Shown: positions 29,822-39,937, counted from the stretch's first letter. The stretch: DNA of 64,000 nucleotides from Candidatus Oxydemutatoraceae bacterium (GCA_965219575.1 OZ244779.1:2252769-2316768); one strand, 5' to 3'. Notes: generated by a model from the sequence alone, not told the origin. Program-made: numbers and translations.

Positions 29822-30380
29822 AAGACAAAACCGCGGTGCGATCTTAGTGCTGATGTTGGTGTTGGCAGGGCTAATCGGTTTGTTGGCAACGGGTAATCTT
29901 GAGCGTAGCAAACAACGCACCCTGCTAAACGATGCGATGGCAATCCGCGCCCGAGCCGACGCGGTGTTGATGCACACCCTGCAACAAGGGCTTGTCCATA
30001 TAAACGAGCGACTAAGAAGAGAAGATTTTAATGCTACACAACGCGGCTTGTACGAAACCGTGATGCCCGAGCGGTTTGAAAGCGATTATCGCCGCTTTGC
30101 CCGTCCGCTACCGAGTCCAATTTCGGGTATGGATACCGGTTATTGGATAGAGTTATTTTCCGAAGGTGCTTTCGTTCAAACTGCGCCGAGTAAATTCTAT
30201 TTAAGTTGCAGGCTGTTGATTAGTACTTATGCACAAAGCCCCGATATGCCTGCGTTATTTTCACAAGCACTCGTTGAAACTACGCTACCCACTTTAAGTG
30301 TGCCGACGACCGATACGAATGTAATAACACTGGGCACTTTGCCCGAGACCAAAGTCATTGCAACTAGAACCTTCAATTAA
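29790..30380 (+). CDS. pilX: Type IV pilus minor pilin PilX-like
   Basis: QNRG/AILVLMLVL prepilin lacking Glu5; lies between pilW and pilE. Confidence 0.65.
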   Translation: MRNTYIPYRFRRQNRGAILVLMLVLAGLIGLLATGNLERSKQRTLLNDAMAIRARADAVLMHTLQQGLVHINERLRREDFNATQRGLYETVMPERFESDYRRFARPLPSPISGMDTGYWIELFSEGAFVQTAPSKFYLSCRLLISTYAQSPDMPALFSQALVETTLPTLSVPTTDTNVITLGTLPETKVIATRTFN

Positions 30381-30390
30381 AGTGGTCGGC

Positions 30391-30771
30391 ATGATGCAAA
30401 GAGGATTTACCCTATTAGAGCTCATCGTGGCAATTGCGATTGTCGGGTTGTTGCTTACGATTGCACTGCCCAACTATCATCGTCACGGTGAGAAACTTGC
30501 CATGATCGATGCCAAACATAAGCTATTGGAGATAATGCACTTGGAAAATAGATATTTCTCCGAACACACCACCTACACCGTCGGCATCACATCGGACTTG
30601 GGTGTGGGAAGCCTCGTCTCCGACAGAGGGGATTATCGAATTGTTGCAAATGCCTGCGGTGTCGGGATACATCGATGCGTAGAACTCAGAGCCATTGCGA
30701 TAAAGGGAGACAAGCCGGAGTTGGTGATAGACTCTTTAGGCAACAAACACCCGAAGGCTTTATGGAAATAA
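30391..30771 (+). CDS. pilE: Type IV pilus minor pilin PilE-like
   Basis: QRG/FTLLELIVAIAIVG, ALPNY, ENRYFSEHTTY, LVIDSLG...W. Confidence 0.85.
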   Translation: MMQRGFTLLELIVAIAIVGLLLTIALPNYHRHGEKLAMIDAKHKLLEIMHLENRYFSEHTTYTVGITSDLGVGSLVSDRGDYRIVANACGVGIHRCVELRAIAIKGDKPELVIDSLGNKHPKALWK

Positions 30772-30822
30772 CGATATTAACTTCGGCGGGACTTATGATT
30801 TATTTCGATAAGTATAGAAGGG

Positions 30823-31029
30823 GGGGCTGTTGAAAAAGTACGGGCGTTGCTCAAACCCAATCGCTGTGCGCCATGAACATTTACCGCCGTAGGGGCGGAC
30901 TTGCATGTCCGCCCGTAACGCGTTATGCATGAACTATTTATACATTCATTCACGCGATTTATGGAAACCAAAACCATACGGCACAAGCGGTTGCAATTTT
31001 GCAAAAACAGTACTTTTTCAACAGCCCCC
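30823..31029. repeat. Modular repeat element (~205 bp)
   Basis: GGGGCTGTTGAAAAAGTA ... TACTTTTTCAACAGCCCC; left half nearly identical to the reverse complement of the right half of the 62166-62556 copy. Confidence 0.9.
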
Positions 31030-31133
31030 GTAAGTGTCTGCACAAGTGTGGTATTGGTCTATTCTATCTCTACAGCAGGGAAATGTTGCTCCATGCTGAT
31101 ATAATGGTGGACTATATTAAAAATTATGGTGCG

Positions 31134-31658
31134 ATGAAATACTTGAGACACTATCTAATCCATGCCGGTTTGTGTTTACTGCTCGTTTGCTCGGCGAATG
31201 TGACCTCTGCACAAGTTATAGCTAGCCTAGAAAAAGGATCAATCACTGATACCCCAACGACCCGTACAATAACTTTCAACATCAACTTAAGCGAGCAACT
31301 TAAGGTTAACGAAGCAGCCTTCGTTCAAATTCGACTTGACAATGTTCTTGAAGGTGAAATCGCTAGTGCAAGTGCTGAAAGTTATATGGTCACTGGCTGT
31401 GTACGTTTTTCGTTTAGCTTTCCCAGATACAATTTATGCATGGATGACGGTGAAAAAAATGTGACCCTACAATTAATATTGAATAATTCTTTTGATAGGC
31501 GTAAAACTATAACAGTTTCTCTCGAGACTTTTTCTCCTTTCGGCAATAGGCCGATTGCCGAAGGCGTCCGACGGGATCCTATCAACTCTGTTTTACGTTA
31601 CCCCGGCACGGCTATTTTCATCCGTAGCAAGGTTTTTCTGGAGGGTCCGCTCCAATAG
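31134..31658 (+). CDS. Secreted protein, -SKVFLEGPLQ family, copy A
   Basis: MKYLRHYLIHAGLCLLLVCSA signal peptide; C-terminus NSVLRYPGTAIFIRSKVFLEGPLQ shared with 37450-37989. Confidence 0.8.
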   Translation: MKYLRHYLIHAGLCLLLVCSANVTSAQVIASLEKGSITDTPTTRTITFNINLSEQLKVNEAAFVQIRLDNVLEGEIASASAESYMVTGCVRFSFSFPRYNLCMDDGEKNVTLQLILNNSFDRRKTITVSLETFSPFGNRPIAEGVRRDPINSVLRYPGTAIFIRSKVFLEGPLQ

Positions 31659-31671
31659 AACCGCCGAACTG

Positions 31672-32029
31672 TTAAATTGTGCGTTTTGTGACAAATCGGC
31701 TCAGCATAACGAGCGAGTCTTTATAAGGAGATGGGGATATCGATTCTAGGTTTCGGTAGGCTTGTTCGGCATAATGTTGTGCTTGATTTTGGACATATGC
31801 GAGTGCGCCGATTGTCTCGAGTAATTCGCGCACTTCTGCAACCGCCTCGCCGTTGCACAGGGTTGATTCGAAAAACCTGATTTGAGAGGCATTGCCGTTT
31901 TCAAATGCGTATATCAACGGCAGTGTGAGTTTTCCTTCGGCTAAATCCTGTCCCCAGTTTTTATTGTTATCTTGGTTATAGTCTATGAGATCGTCCACCA
32001 GTTGAAAAGCAAGCCCTAGGTTTAACCCG
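31672..32029 (-). pseudogene. ispB: Duplicated 3' fragment of ispB (358-bp direct repeat of 33541-33898)
   Basis: Near-identical DNA at an offset of 1869 bp; lacks the 5' two-thirds of the gene. Confidence 0.93.
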
Positions 32030-32040
32030 AGAGTATAGAA

Positions 32041-33063
32041 TTACTTTATATTACTTATCAGTTTTTCCCTGTCTAGTTCATCAATGTTATCAATAATTAT
32101 TAAACCTTCGGGAAAATTTTGATTGAAAGTAAAAAGTTCATTTGAACGAGAATTATTCTTTTTAATACATATTTTTTGGGGATAGCGGATGCGTTTACCG
32201 GCTAGTAACAATAATTGTATGGCTTCTTCTAATGTTTCGTAGTCGCGTTGGATTTTAACAGGAATAGGTTTAACATAGCCTTCTATTCTTAAAAAGCCAT
32301 CGATGCCTTTATTCCGCTGTACCGGTGTAATTTGCAGTCTACTTAAAATCGAGGTAATCGACGGATCCTGATTGATATAAGCATTCTTTCCGTTGTGTAA
32401 TAGTTTTGATTCTGTTTTAATGGGCTTCTTCAATCTTTTGTTTGAGAGTTCTATAGCTTGTTTTGATATATCAATACCGATATATTTTCTATTGAGAAAT
32501 TGTGCAGCAACAGGAGTTGTTCCACTTCCACAGAATGGATCTAAAACGATATCGCCTTCATCGGTGACAAGTTCAATGATTCTTTCTAAAAGTAGAATAG
32601 GTTTTTGAGTTGGATATCCAACTCTTTCTTTTGCTTTTGGATTCAAATATGGAATATCCCAAACATCGGAGAGGGGAACTCCTTTTTTTGCATTTGACCA
32701 TCTTCTGTAAAACCAAACAATTTCGCTTTGGAAATTTTCGGCACCGAAAACTTCATCAAGAGCGATTCTTAAATGGTGCGAAGCCGACCGATCACAGTGC
32801 AAAAAGATACTTCCGATATCTTTCAACGCTTTTTTGCATATTTTTAATCGTTCCCGAATATAATTTTGATATATGCTTATATCGCCCCAGCTATCGTTAA
32901 AAGTGTATTCTTTATTCTGCTTGTTTTTTAATGTTTGTTTTTTTTGCGTGAAAAACGGAGGATCAAGATAGATTAAATCAACAGAGTTCTCTTTTACCTT
33001 TTGCAGTTCGTATTTGCAATCTCCATGTATTAAGCATGGTGGCTTTGCGTATGAAGAAGTCAT
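32041..33063 (-). CDS. Beta-class N4/N6 DNA methyltransferase, possibly internally deleted
   Basis: Catalytic YLDPPFF precedes GYPTQKP and SAM motif DPFCGSGTT; AT-rich. Confidence 0.85.
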   Translation of the reverse strand: MTSSYAKPPCLIHGDCKYELQKVKENSVDLIYLDPPFFTQKKQTLKNKQNKEYTFNDSWGDISIYQNYIRERLKICKKALKDIGSIFLHCDRSASHHLRIALDEVFGAENFQSEIVWFYRRWSNAKKGVPLSDVWDIPYLNPKAKERVGYPTQKPILLLERIIELVTDEGDIVLDPFCGSGTTPVAAQFLNRKYIGIDISKQAIELSNKRLKKPIKTESKLLHNGKNAYINQDPSITSILSRLQITPVQRNKGIDGFLRIEGYVKPIPVKIQRDYETLEEAIQLLLLAGKRIRYPQKICIKKNNSRSNELFTFNQNFPEGLIIIDNIDELDREKLISNIK

Positions 33064-33211
33064 TTTTCAGTTTTGTTTTTAACTATATCTTGGAGAATGT
33101 TAAACAGATCAACATCTGTTTCATTTCGACTAAGCGGCTCTTTGTTTTTCTTGTCAGGGTTCTAGAGTACATGTTTGCTAATTCAATAATTTTTTGTTGT
33201 ATTGTAGGCAC
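33060..33211 (-). pseudogene. Remnant of a restriction endonuclease gene (ApaLI-like), N- and C-termini only
   Basis: GTG-PTIQQKIIELANMYSRTLTRKTKSRLVEMK, then in another frame TDVDLFNILQDIVKNKTEK* whose stop overlaps the MTase ATG (ATGA). Confidence 0.5.
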
Positions 33212-33279
33212 GACTATTCTATTAAAGAGTTTGTATAAATCTGAAAGACATAAAATTTCATATTATTTATACTATATGT

Positions 33280-33486
33280 GGGGCTGTTGAAAAAGTGCGG
33301 CATCGTACGAATCCAATCACTTGCGCCATTTGGTTTTGGTTTCCATAAATTGGATGGATGAATGTATAAATCGTGTAGGCACAACACGTTACGGGCGGAC
33401 ATGCTAGTCCGCCCCTACGGGTGGTTTGCAAATATTCACGGCGCAAGCGGTTGCGGTTGCACGCTGACGATACTTTTTCAACAGCT
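33280..33486. repeat. Modular repeat element, canonical ~205-bp form
   Basis: Near-identical to 43902-44107 and 61129-61335. Confidence 0.93.
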
Positions 33487-33540
33487 CCATGTGACAATTT
33501 AATAATATTTTGGTAGAAATGGGGAAATGACTCAACAACA

Positions 33541-34506
33541 TTAAATTGTGCGCTTTGTGACAAATCGGCTCAGCATAACGAGTGAGTCTTTATAAGGAGA
33601 TGGGGATATCGATTCTAGGTTTCGGTAGGCTTGTTCGGCATAATGTTGTGCTTGATTTTGGACATATGCGAGTGCGCCGATTGTCTCGAGTAATTCGCGC
33701 ACTTCTGCAACCGCCTCGCCGTTGCACAGGGTTGATTCGAAAAACCTGATTTGAGAGGCATTGCCGTTTTCAAATGCGTATATCAACGGCAGTGTGAGTT
33801 TTCCTTCGGCTAAATCCTGTCCCCAGTTTTTATCGGTATCTTGGTTATAGTCTATGAGATCGTCCACCAGTTGAAAAGCAAGCCCTAGGTTTAACCCGTA
33901 GGAGGTCATTGCTTGTGTAACCTCGGGTTGCGGATCGCTCAGCATAGCACCCGTTCGGCACGCTACTTTGAACAAAGTTGCCGTTTTGCGGGTGATGATA
34001 TCCATGTAGGTCGCCTCGCTGAGATCCCTACGGTTTAAGTTGATGAGTTGTTGCACTTCCCCTTCGGAGATTGTGTTGGTTGCATCCGAGATGTCTTTTG
34101 ATATGGCAGCACGATTGATACCGTATAGAATCTGGAAGGCGCGGGAGTAGAGAAAATCACCGACCAACACGCTTGCACTATTGCCCCACAATGCTTTTAC
34201 GGTTTTTTTACCGCGTCTGAGTGGCGCATCGTCGACTACATCGTCGTGTAATAAGGTTGCGGTATGAATGAACTCGACGACGGTTGCCAATGCGATATGG
34301 TCGTCGTCCTGCGAACGATAACCGCTTGCCAATGCCGACAACAGCACCAGTATCGGGCGTATTCGCTTTCCCCCGGCACCGATGAGATGGTTGCTTAGCT
34401 CAATGATGTACGACAAATCGGAGTCTAGTCGTTTTTCTATGAGTTGCTCTAGTTTGCCTAGTTCATTCGCAATCGGAGCGGTTATTTTCTCGGGTGTTTT
34501 CGTCAT
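33541..34506 (-). CDS. ispB: Octaprenyl-diphosphate synthase
   Basis: GGKRIRP, EFIHTATLLHDDVVD, VLVGDFLYSRAFQ, KTATLF, FQLVDD, GKLTLP. Confidence 0.95.
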   Translation of the reverse strand: MTKTPEKITAPIANELGKLEQLIEKRLDSDLSYIIELSNHLIGAGGKRIRPILVLLSALASGYRSQDDDHIALATVVEFIHTATLLHDDVVDDAPLRRGKKTVKALWGNSASVLVGDFLYSRAFQILYGINRAAISKDISDATNTISEGEVQQLINLNRRDLSEATYMDIITRKTATLFKVACRTGAMLSDPQPEVTQAMTSYGLNLGLAFQLVDDLIDYNQDTDKNWGQDLAEGKLTLPLIYAFENGNASQIRFFESTLCNGEAVAEVRELLETIGALAYVQNQAQHYAEQAYRNLESISPSPYKDSLVMLSRFVTKRTI

Positions 34507-34671
34507 CGGTGTCGGTTTTCAAGTGTATCGGTTTGAATCATGTTTAAGTATGCGGTGATTACTCGGTCAAAATATTATTATAGCCTTATATTTTAGTTTT
34601 GATTTTCGGTGTATAATTCGGTTTACAGTCCGACTGTCATATATAAAATTAATTTTTACGAACAAATAATT

Positions 34672-35403
34672 ATGTCAGATAATAATAAACGCCCGAGTGG
34701 ACGAGCTTGTGACGAGCTGCGCAACATTAGTTTTGAGAGGCACTACACCCGCTACGGTGAGGGTTCGGTGTTGAGTTCTTTCGATGATACCAAAGTGCTA
34801 TGTAATGTGAGCGTCGATGACAAGGTACCTAAGTTTCTGAAAGGCAAAAATCAAGGATGGTTGACGGCGGAGTATAGCATGCTACCGCGGGCGACCGGCG
34901 AGCGCAACACCCGTGAATCCATCAATGGAAAGTTAAAGGGTCGTACTCAGGAAATACAAAGAATGATCGGGCGCTCGCTACGCGCATGTCTGAATATGAA
35001 AGCACTCGGCGACCACACAATTTTGATAGATTGCGATGTCATACAAGCCGATGGCAGCACGCGCACGGCGGCGATCAACGGGGCTTATGTTGCACTATGC
35101 GACGCAATCGCCTATATGTTGAAACATCAAAAAATAACCGAAAACCCTATACATAGTATGGTTGCTGCGGTCTCCGTGGGCATCTATAGAGGTGTGAAGA
35201 TATTAGACCTTGATTACAAAGAGGATGCCAATGCCGAAACCGATATGAATTTGGTGATGAACGAGGCAGGTCATTTCATAGAAATACAAGGCACCGCCGA
35301 GGGACATGCACTGCGCACCGATGAACTGCACGGGCTATTAGCACTAGGTCAATCGGGTATACAAAAGATACTTGAATTACAAAAACACAGCCTTTCGTCA
35401 TAA
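34672..35403 (+). CDS. rph: Ribonuclease PH
   Basis: [50 protein letters not shown]. Confidence 0.97.
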   Translation: MSDNNKRPSGRACDELRNISFERHYTRYGEGSVLSSFDDTKVLCNVSVDDKVPKFLKGKNQGWLTAEYSMLPRATGERNTRESINGKLKGRTQEIQRMIGRSLRACLNMKALGDHTILIDCDVIQADGSTRTAAINGAYVALCDAIAYMLKHQKITENPIHSMVAAVSVGIYRGVKILDLDYKEDANAETDMNLVMNEAGHFIEIQGTAEGHALRTDELHGLLALGQSGIQKILELQKHSLSS

Positions 35404-35404
35404 A

Positions 35405-35998
35405 ATGCAAACTCTCGTTTTTGCCAGTGCCAATCCCTCCAAGCTCAGAGAGTTAACGGCTATCTTGGGAGAGCTCGATGTGGCATTGCAATCTCAATCC
35501 CAACTGGGGGTCACGCCCGTAGAAGAGAACGGCATGAGTTTTTTAGAGAATTCTCTAATCAAAGCCCGCCATGCCAGTAAGGCAACCGGTTTACCGGCAT
35601 TGGCAGACGACTCGGGTTTGGTTGTAGATATTCTCGACGGTGCGCCCGGCATCTATTCTGCGCGCTACGCCGGTGTTAATGCAAGCGATGACGACAATCT
35701 TAAACAACTGCTGGCAGCGTTATCCGTACACGAGGGTGAGCAATTTAGCGCGCATTTTCATTGTGTAGCGAGCTATGTATGTAGCCCGCAAGATCCTATT
35801 CCTGTTGTTGCCGAGGCGAAGTGGTGCGGATGTATTATTGCCGAACCTAAGGGGAACAATGGTTTCGGGTATGATCCGGTGTTCTATGTTCCCGAATTAA
35901 ACGGCACGGTTGCAGAGTTGTCGGAAGCGACTAAAAATAGGTTCAGCCACAGAGCAAAGGCATTCAAAAAATTATGCGCCAAACTGCAGCAGTTGTAA
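35405..35998 (+). CDS. rdgB: dITP/XTP pyrophosphatase
   Basis: ASANPSKLRE, LADDSGL, PGIYSARYAG, GFGYDPVF, SHR. Confidence 0.96.
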   Translation: MQTLVFASANPSKLRELTAILGELDVALQSQSQLGVTPVEENGMSFLENSLIKARHASKATGLPALADDSGLVVDILDGAPGIYSARYAGVNASDDDNLKQLLAALSVHEGEQFSAHFHCVASYVCSPQDPIPVVAEAKWCGCIIAEPKGNNGFGYDPVFYVPELNGTVAELSEATKNRFSHRAKAFKKLCAKLQQL

Positions 35999-37152
35999 GG
36001 CAAACAACCCACTATCGTTTGCCGCCTTTATCGTTATATATACATCTACCTTGGTGCGTGTCCAAATGTCCTTATTGCGACTTTAATTCCCATACAACAC
36101 CGAAGCCCATTAACCAGAAGGGATATGCCGACGCGCTGATTGCCGACTTGGAATGTGATTTGCCCTATGTGCAGAACCGCCCCTTGCATAGCGTGTTCAT
36201 AGGGGGTGGCACACCGACTCTGTTCGATGCCGACACGATAGCATCGTTGCTTAAGCGTATAAAAGCCCGCATTGATTTCGGGACACAATGTGAAATCACC
36301 ATAGAAGCCAATCCGGAAAGTGCCGACTTGTTAAAGTTAAAGAAGCTACGAGAGGCAGAGGTTAATAGAATCTCAATCGGCGTACAAAGCCTAAATAACC
36401 GCTTGCTTGAACGCATAGGGCGCGCCCATAATGCAGAACGCGCCTTGCAAGCCTTTGAAAACGCTCGTCTGGCAGGGTTTTCAAATATCAACTGCGATCT
36501 GATGTTCGGTTTGCCCGAGCAGACCGAAGACCAAGCGATGTCCGATCTGACACGCGTTATGGAACTTGAACCCGAGCATATTTCGTGGTATCAGATGACT
36601 ATAGAACCGAATACATTCTTTTATACCCATAGACCTCGCCTGCCCGATGACGATACTATTTGGCGGCTGCAGTCGGCAGGAATTCAACGACTTCGGACGC
36701 ACGGTTATAAGCGTTATGAAGTATCGGCGTATAGCCGTTCAAGACCCTGCCAACACAACTTGAATTATTGGCAATTCGGCGATTATTTAGGCATCGGTGC
36801 AGGTGCCCACGGCAAGCTCACACTGGCAACTGAGCATAAAATTGTGCGCACTCGCAAGCACAGACTGCCCGAGCGGTATATAGAAAAAGCTATAGACGGG
36901 CAAAACTGCGTAGAGATTCGCCAACTCAAAGCTTCCGAGACCAGCTTTGAGTTTCTGCTCAACGCATTGAGGCTAACCGACGGCTTCGCTAAAGTGCTAT
37001 TTAGCCGAACCGGACAGCCCAATACCATATTAGAGGCAAAACTCGCACCTTTTATAGATAAACGGTGGATTATATCCGACGAACGATATCTAAAACCAAG
37101 CCCGTACGGCAGCCGATTTTTGAACGAAATCCTAGAGTATTGCTTGCCGTGA
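35974..37152 (+). CDS. hemW: Radical SAM heme chaperone HemW
   Basis: LYIHLPWCVSKCPYCDFN, GGGTPT, HNLNYW, YLGIGAGAHG; follows rdgB. Confidence 0.94.
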   Translation: MRQTAAVVRQTTHYRLPPLSLYIHLPWCVSKCPYCDFNSHTTPKPINQKGYADALIADLECDLPYVQNRPLHSVFIGGGTPTLFDADTIASLLKRIKARIDFGTQCEITIEANPESADLLKLKKLREAEVNRISIGVQSLNNRLLERIGRAHNAERALQAFENARLAGFSNINCDLMFGLPEQTEDQAMSDLTRVMELEPEHISWYQMTIEPNTFFYTHRPRLPDDDTIWRLQSAGIQRLRTHGYKRYEVSAYSRSRPCQHNLNYWQFGDYLGIGAGAHGKLTLATEHKIVRTRKHRLPERYIEKAIDGQNCVEIRQLKASETSFEFLLNALRLTDGFAKVLFSRTGQPNTILEAKLAPFIDKRWIISDERYLKPSPYGSRFLNEILEYCLP

Positions 37153-37377
37153 CGATAACGAGGCACAGATTTATACACAGATTACCAAATTCCTTAAGTA
37201 GATTAGGGTATTCCTCAAAATATAAGGCTATATCTAGGGTTGTAGAATTTATCATGGAAAAACAACAACTTAAATGATTTCATAATTAGGAGTAAGTCAT
37301 TACTCAAGCAAAACAACACATTTTATACAGCTACCTGATAAGATTTCCACAGAGTTATCCACAACTTTATTCAAGCC

Positions 37378-37425
37378 AATTCCCCTCCTCTGGAGGGGTG
37401 GCAGGCGCAGCCTGACGGGGTGGTT
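37378..37425. repeat. Isolated CCCCTCC/GGAGGGG hairpin module of the repeat family
   Basis: AATTCCCCTCCTCTGGAGGGGTGGCAGGCGCAGCCTGACGGGGTGGTT is the reverse complement of 5590-5637. A shorter copy lies at 38054-38076. Confidence 0.85.
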
Positions 37426-37449
37426 CCACGAAAACCGCCCGCTAAGGTT

Positions 37450-37989
37450 CTACTGAAGCGGACCTTCCAGAAAAACCTTGCTACGGACGAAAATAGCCGT
37501 GCCGGGGTAACTTAAAACAGAGTTGCCCAGCTCGGCACCTCCGTTTATATTTCTATCATTCAAAATCCTAATAGAAATTGTTATGGTTTTACGCGTATCA
37601 AAAGAATTACTCAATATTAATTTTAGGGCTAAATCTTGTTTATTAACACCTCCATCTATACAGAGGTCGTGTGCGAGGGGGTTTAGTCCAATCCTTGGGA
37701 AACGACCCGGCGACATTTCAGAATTCATACAGGTTTGGCTGGAAACAGTATAGCGGGTCACAACCGTCGCAGTTGCCTCACTATAACTAACATTCTTAAA
37801 TTGAAATTGAAGGCCTAACACTTCGCTAGTCATAAGTTGGCGGCTTAGATTGAGGTTGAAATCTATTACGCGACCCACTTCGGTTTGAGTGGTAATTGAT
37901 ACCACAACTTGTGCGGAAACCCCGTTTGCCGAGCAAACGAGCAATATGCAAAAACCGGCATGGATTAGATAGCGTCTCAAGTATTTCAT
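37450..37989 (-). CDS. Secreted protein, -SKVFLEGPLQ family, copy B
   Basis: MKYLRRYLIHAGFCILLVCSA signal peptide; C-terminus NSVLSYPGTAIFVRSKVFLEGPLQ. Confidence 0.8.
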   Translation of the reverse strand: MKYLRRYLIHAGFCILLVCSANGVSAQVVVSITTQTEVGRVIDFNLNLSRQLMTSEVLGLQFQFKNVSYSEATATVVTRYTVSSQTCMNSEMSPGRFPRIGLNPLAHDLCIDGGVNKQDLALKLILSNSFDTRKTITISIRILNDRNINGGAELGNSVLSYPGTAIFVRSKVFLEGPLQ

Positions 37990-38125
37990 GACCCCAGAAT
38001 TTTCATATTGCCCGCTATTATATCAGCACGATAGAACCCAATTCAAAAGTGGTATTCCCTTCCAAAGGAGGGGAATAGTCCGCCACCCAATTATGCGAAC
38101 CACTCGGCGATATCGGATATCAAAA

Positions 38126-38161
38126 ATAATACTTGCGTAAAATACTAAAGTATTATATGAT
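38126..38161 (+). promoter_or_regulatory. isc operon sigma70 promoter overlapped by a palindromic IscR type-1-like operator
   Basis: TTGCGT-17 nt-TATGAT (38133-38161) overlaps the imperfect palindrome ATACTTGCGTAAAATACTAAAGTAT (38129-38153). Confidence 0.7.
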
Positions 38162-38193
38162 ATACCCCGTAAAGCCAAGATTGTGGAGGATTT

Positions 38194-38676
38194 ATGCGCT
38201 TAACCAACAAAGGTCGCTATGCAGTGACGGCAATAGCCGATCTCGCTATTCACGGTAGCCGGATGCCGGTATCGTTGGCGGATATTTCAATACGCCAAGA
38301 CATTCCTATATCTTATCTGGGACAATTATTCATGCCGCTGCGCGAGCGCGGTTTGGTGAAAAGCCAGCGCGGTCCTAACGGTGGTTATCGCTTGGCAAAA
38401 GAGAGTTCGGAGATTTCTATTGCCGATGTAATCAATGCGGTCGATGAGAAAATTAATACGGTGCGTTGCGGTGGCCGGACTAATTGTCAGAAGAACCAAC
38501 AATGTCTAACGCACACCTTATGGGAGGAAATGGAAAACCGAATAAAAGATTTGTTTGCGGAGATTTATATCTCCGATATCGTTTCAAACGATAAAGTGAT
38601 GGAGATTTCCGCTAGACAAGATGCCTATCTAGCGAGGCAACAAGAGAATTTCTCGTTCAAAGTAGCGAGAGCATGA
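38194..38676 (+). CDS. iscR: Fe-S cluster assembly regulator
   Basis: [20 protein letters not shown], ligands [16 protein letters not shown]. Confidence 0.96.
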   Translation: MRLTNKGRYAVTAIADLAIHGSRMPVSLADISIRQDIPISYLGQLFMPLRERGLVKSQRGPNGGYRLAKESSEISIADVINAVDEKINTVRCGGRTNCQKNQQCLTHTLWEEMENRIKDLFAEIYISDIVSNDKVMEISARQDAYLARQQENFSFKVARA

Positions 38677-38692
38677 TTACAAGGAGAGTATT

Positions 38693-39916
38693 ATGAAAGA
38701 TGTCAAATTACCTATTTATTTAGATTATAGTTCTACGACACCGGTTGACGAGCGCGTTGCGGAGAAAATGATGCAGTGTCTGACCCCGAGCGGAGCTTTC
38801 GGCAATCCGGCATCGCGTAGCCACACTTTCGGCTGGCAAGCGGAGAAAATGGTGGAACGCGCCCGAGAACAAGTAGCCGAAATGGTTAATGCAGACCCAC
38901 GCGAGATCGTTTGGACTAGTGGTGCGACCGAGTCGGACAACCTTGCCATTAAAGGTGCTGCGCACTTCTATGTCAAAAAGGGAAAACACATCATCACCGT
39001 CAAGACCGAACATAAAGCGGTGCTGGATACCTGCAGACAGCTGGAGAAAGAAGGCTATGAACTGAGCTATCTAGACCCCAAACCCGACGGCTTGCTGGAT
39101 TTAGACGAATTAGCGCATGCCATACGCAACGACACCATATTGATTTCGGTGATGCATGTCAACAACGAAATCGGTGTCATACAGGACATTCAAAAGATCG
39201 GCGAACTGGCGCGTGAAAAAGGCATTATTTTTCATGTGGATGCTGCGCAAAGTCCCGGCAAAGTACCTATAGACTTGCAATCCTTAAAGGTGGACTTGAT
39301 GAGCTTTTCGGCACATAAGATATACGGTCCCAAAGGCATCGGTGCGCTGTATGTGCGGCGTAAGCCTCGAGTGCGGGTAGAGTCGCAAATGCACGGCGGT
39401 GGTCACGAACGCGGCATGCGTTCGGGCACTTTATCCACCCACCAAATAGTCGGCATGGGTGAAGCGTTTGACATCGCCCGGCAGGAGATGGACGACGAAC
39501 GCGACCGCATTCTTTCTTTACGCCAGCGGCTGTGGGACGGCATCAAGACTATGGATGAAGTCTATTGCAACGGCGATATAGAACACCGTGTTGCCGGCAA
39601 CTTGAATGTTAGTTTTAACTTCGTGGAAGGAGAATCATTGATTATGGCACTGAAAAACATTGCCGTATCTAGCGGTTCGGCTTGCACTTCGGCATCTTTA
39701 GAGCCGAGTTATGTGTTGCGTGCGTTAGGGCGCAACGACGAGCTAGCTCATAGCTCGATTCGTTTCACGGTGGGTCGTTATACGACTGCCGATGAGATTG
39801 ACTATACGATAGAACTCATTAGAAATTCTGTCGAAAAGTTACGCGAGCTTTCGCCTTTATGGGAAATGCACCAAGACGGCATAGACCTAGACAAGGTGGA
39901 ATGGGCAGTACATTAA
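38693..39916 (+). CDS. iscS: Cysteine desulfurase
   Basis: [31 protein letters not shown]. Confidence 0.98.
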   Translation: MKDVKLPIYLDYSSTTPVDERVAEKMMQCLTPSGAFGNPASRSHTFGWQAEKMVERAREQVAEMVNADPREIVWTSGATESDNLAIKGAAHFYVKKGKHIITVKTEHKAVLDTCRQLEKEGYELSYLDPKPDGLLDLDELAHAIRNDTILISVMHVNNEIGVIQDIQKIGELAREKGIIFHVDAAQSPGKVPIDLQSLKVDLMSFSAHKIYGPKGIGALYVRRKPRVRVESQMHGGGHERGMRSGTLSTHQIVGMGEAFDIARQEMDDERDRILSLRQRLWDGIKTMDEVYCNGDIEHRVAGNLNVSFNFVEGESLIMALKNIAVSSGSACTSASLEPSYVLRALGRNDELAHSSIRFTVGRYTTADEIDYTIELIRNSVEKLRELSPLWEMHQDGIDLDKVEWAVH

Positions 39917-39937
39917 TTAAAGACGTGGAGGATTACA

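Noticed and set aside
31134-37989. Diversity-generating retroelement explaining the variable secreted paralogs
   Set aside because: No reverse transcriptase in the window. Divergence is in the middle of the genes, includes indels and is not adenine-specific.
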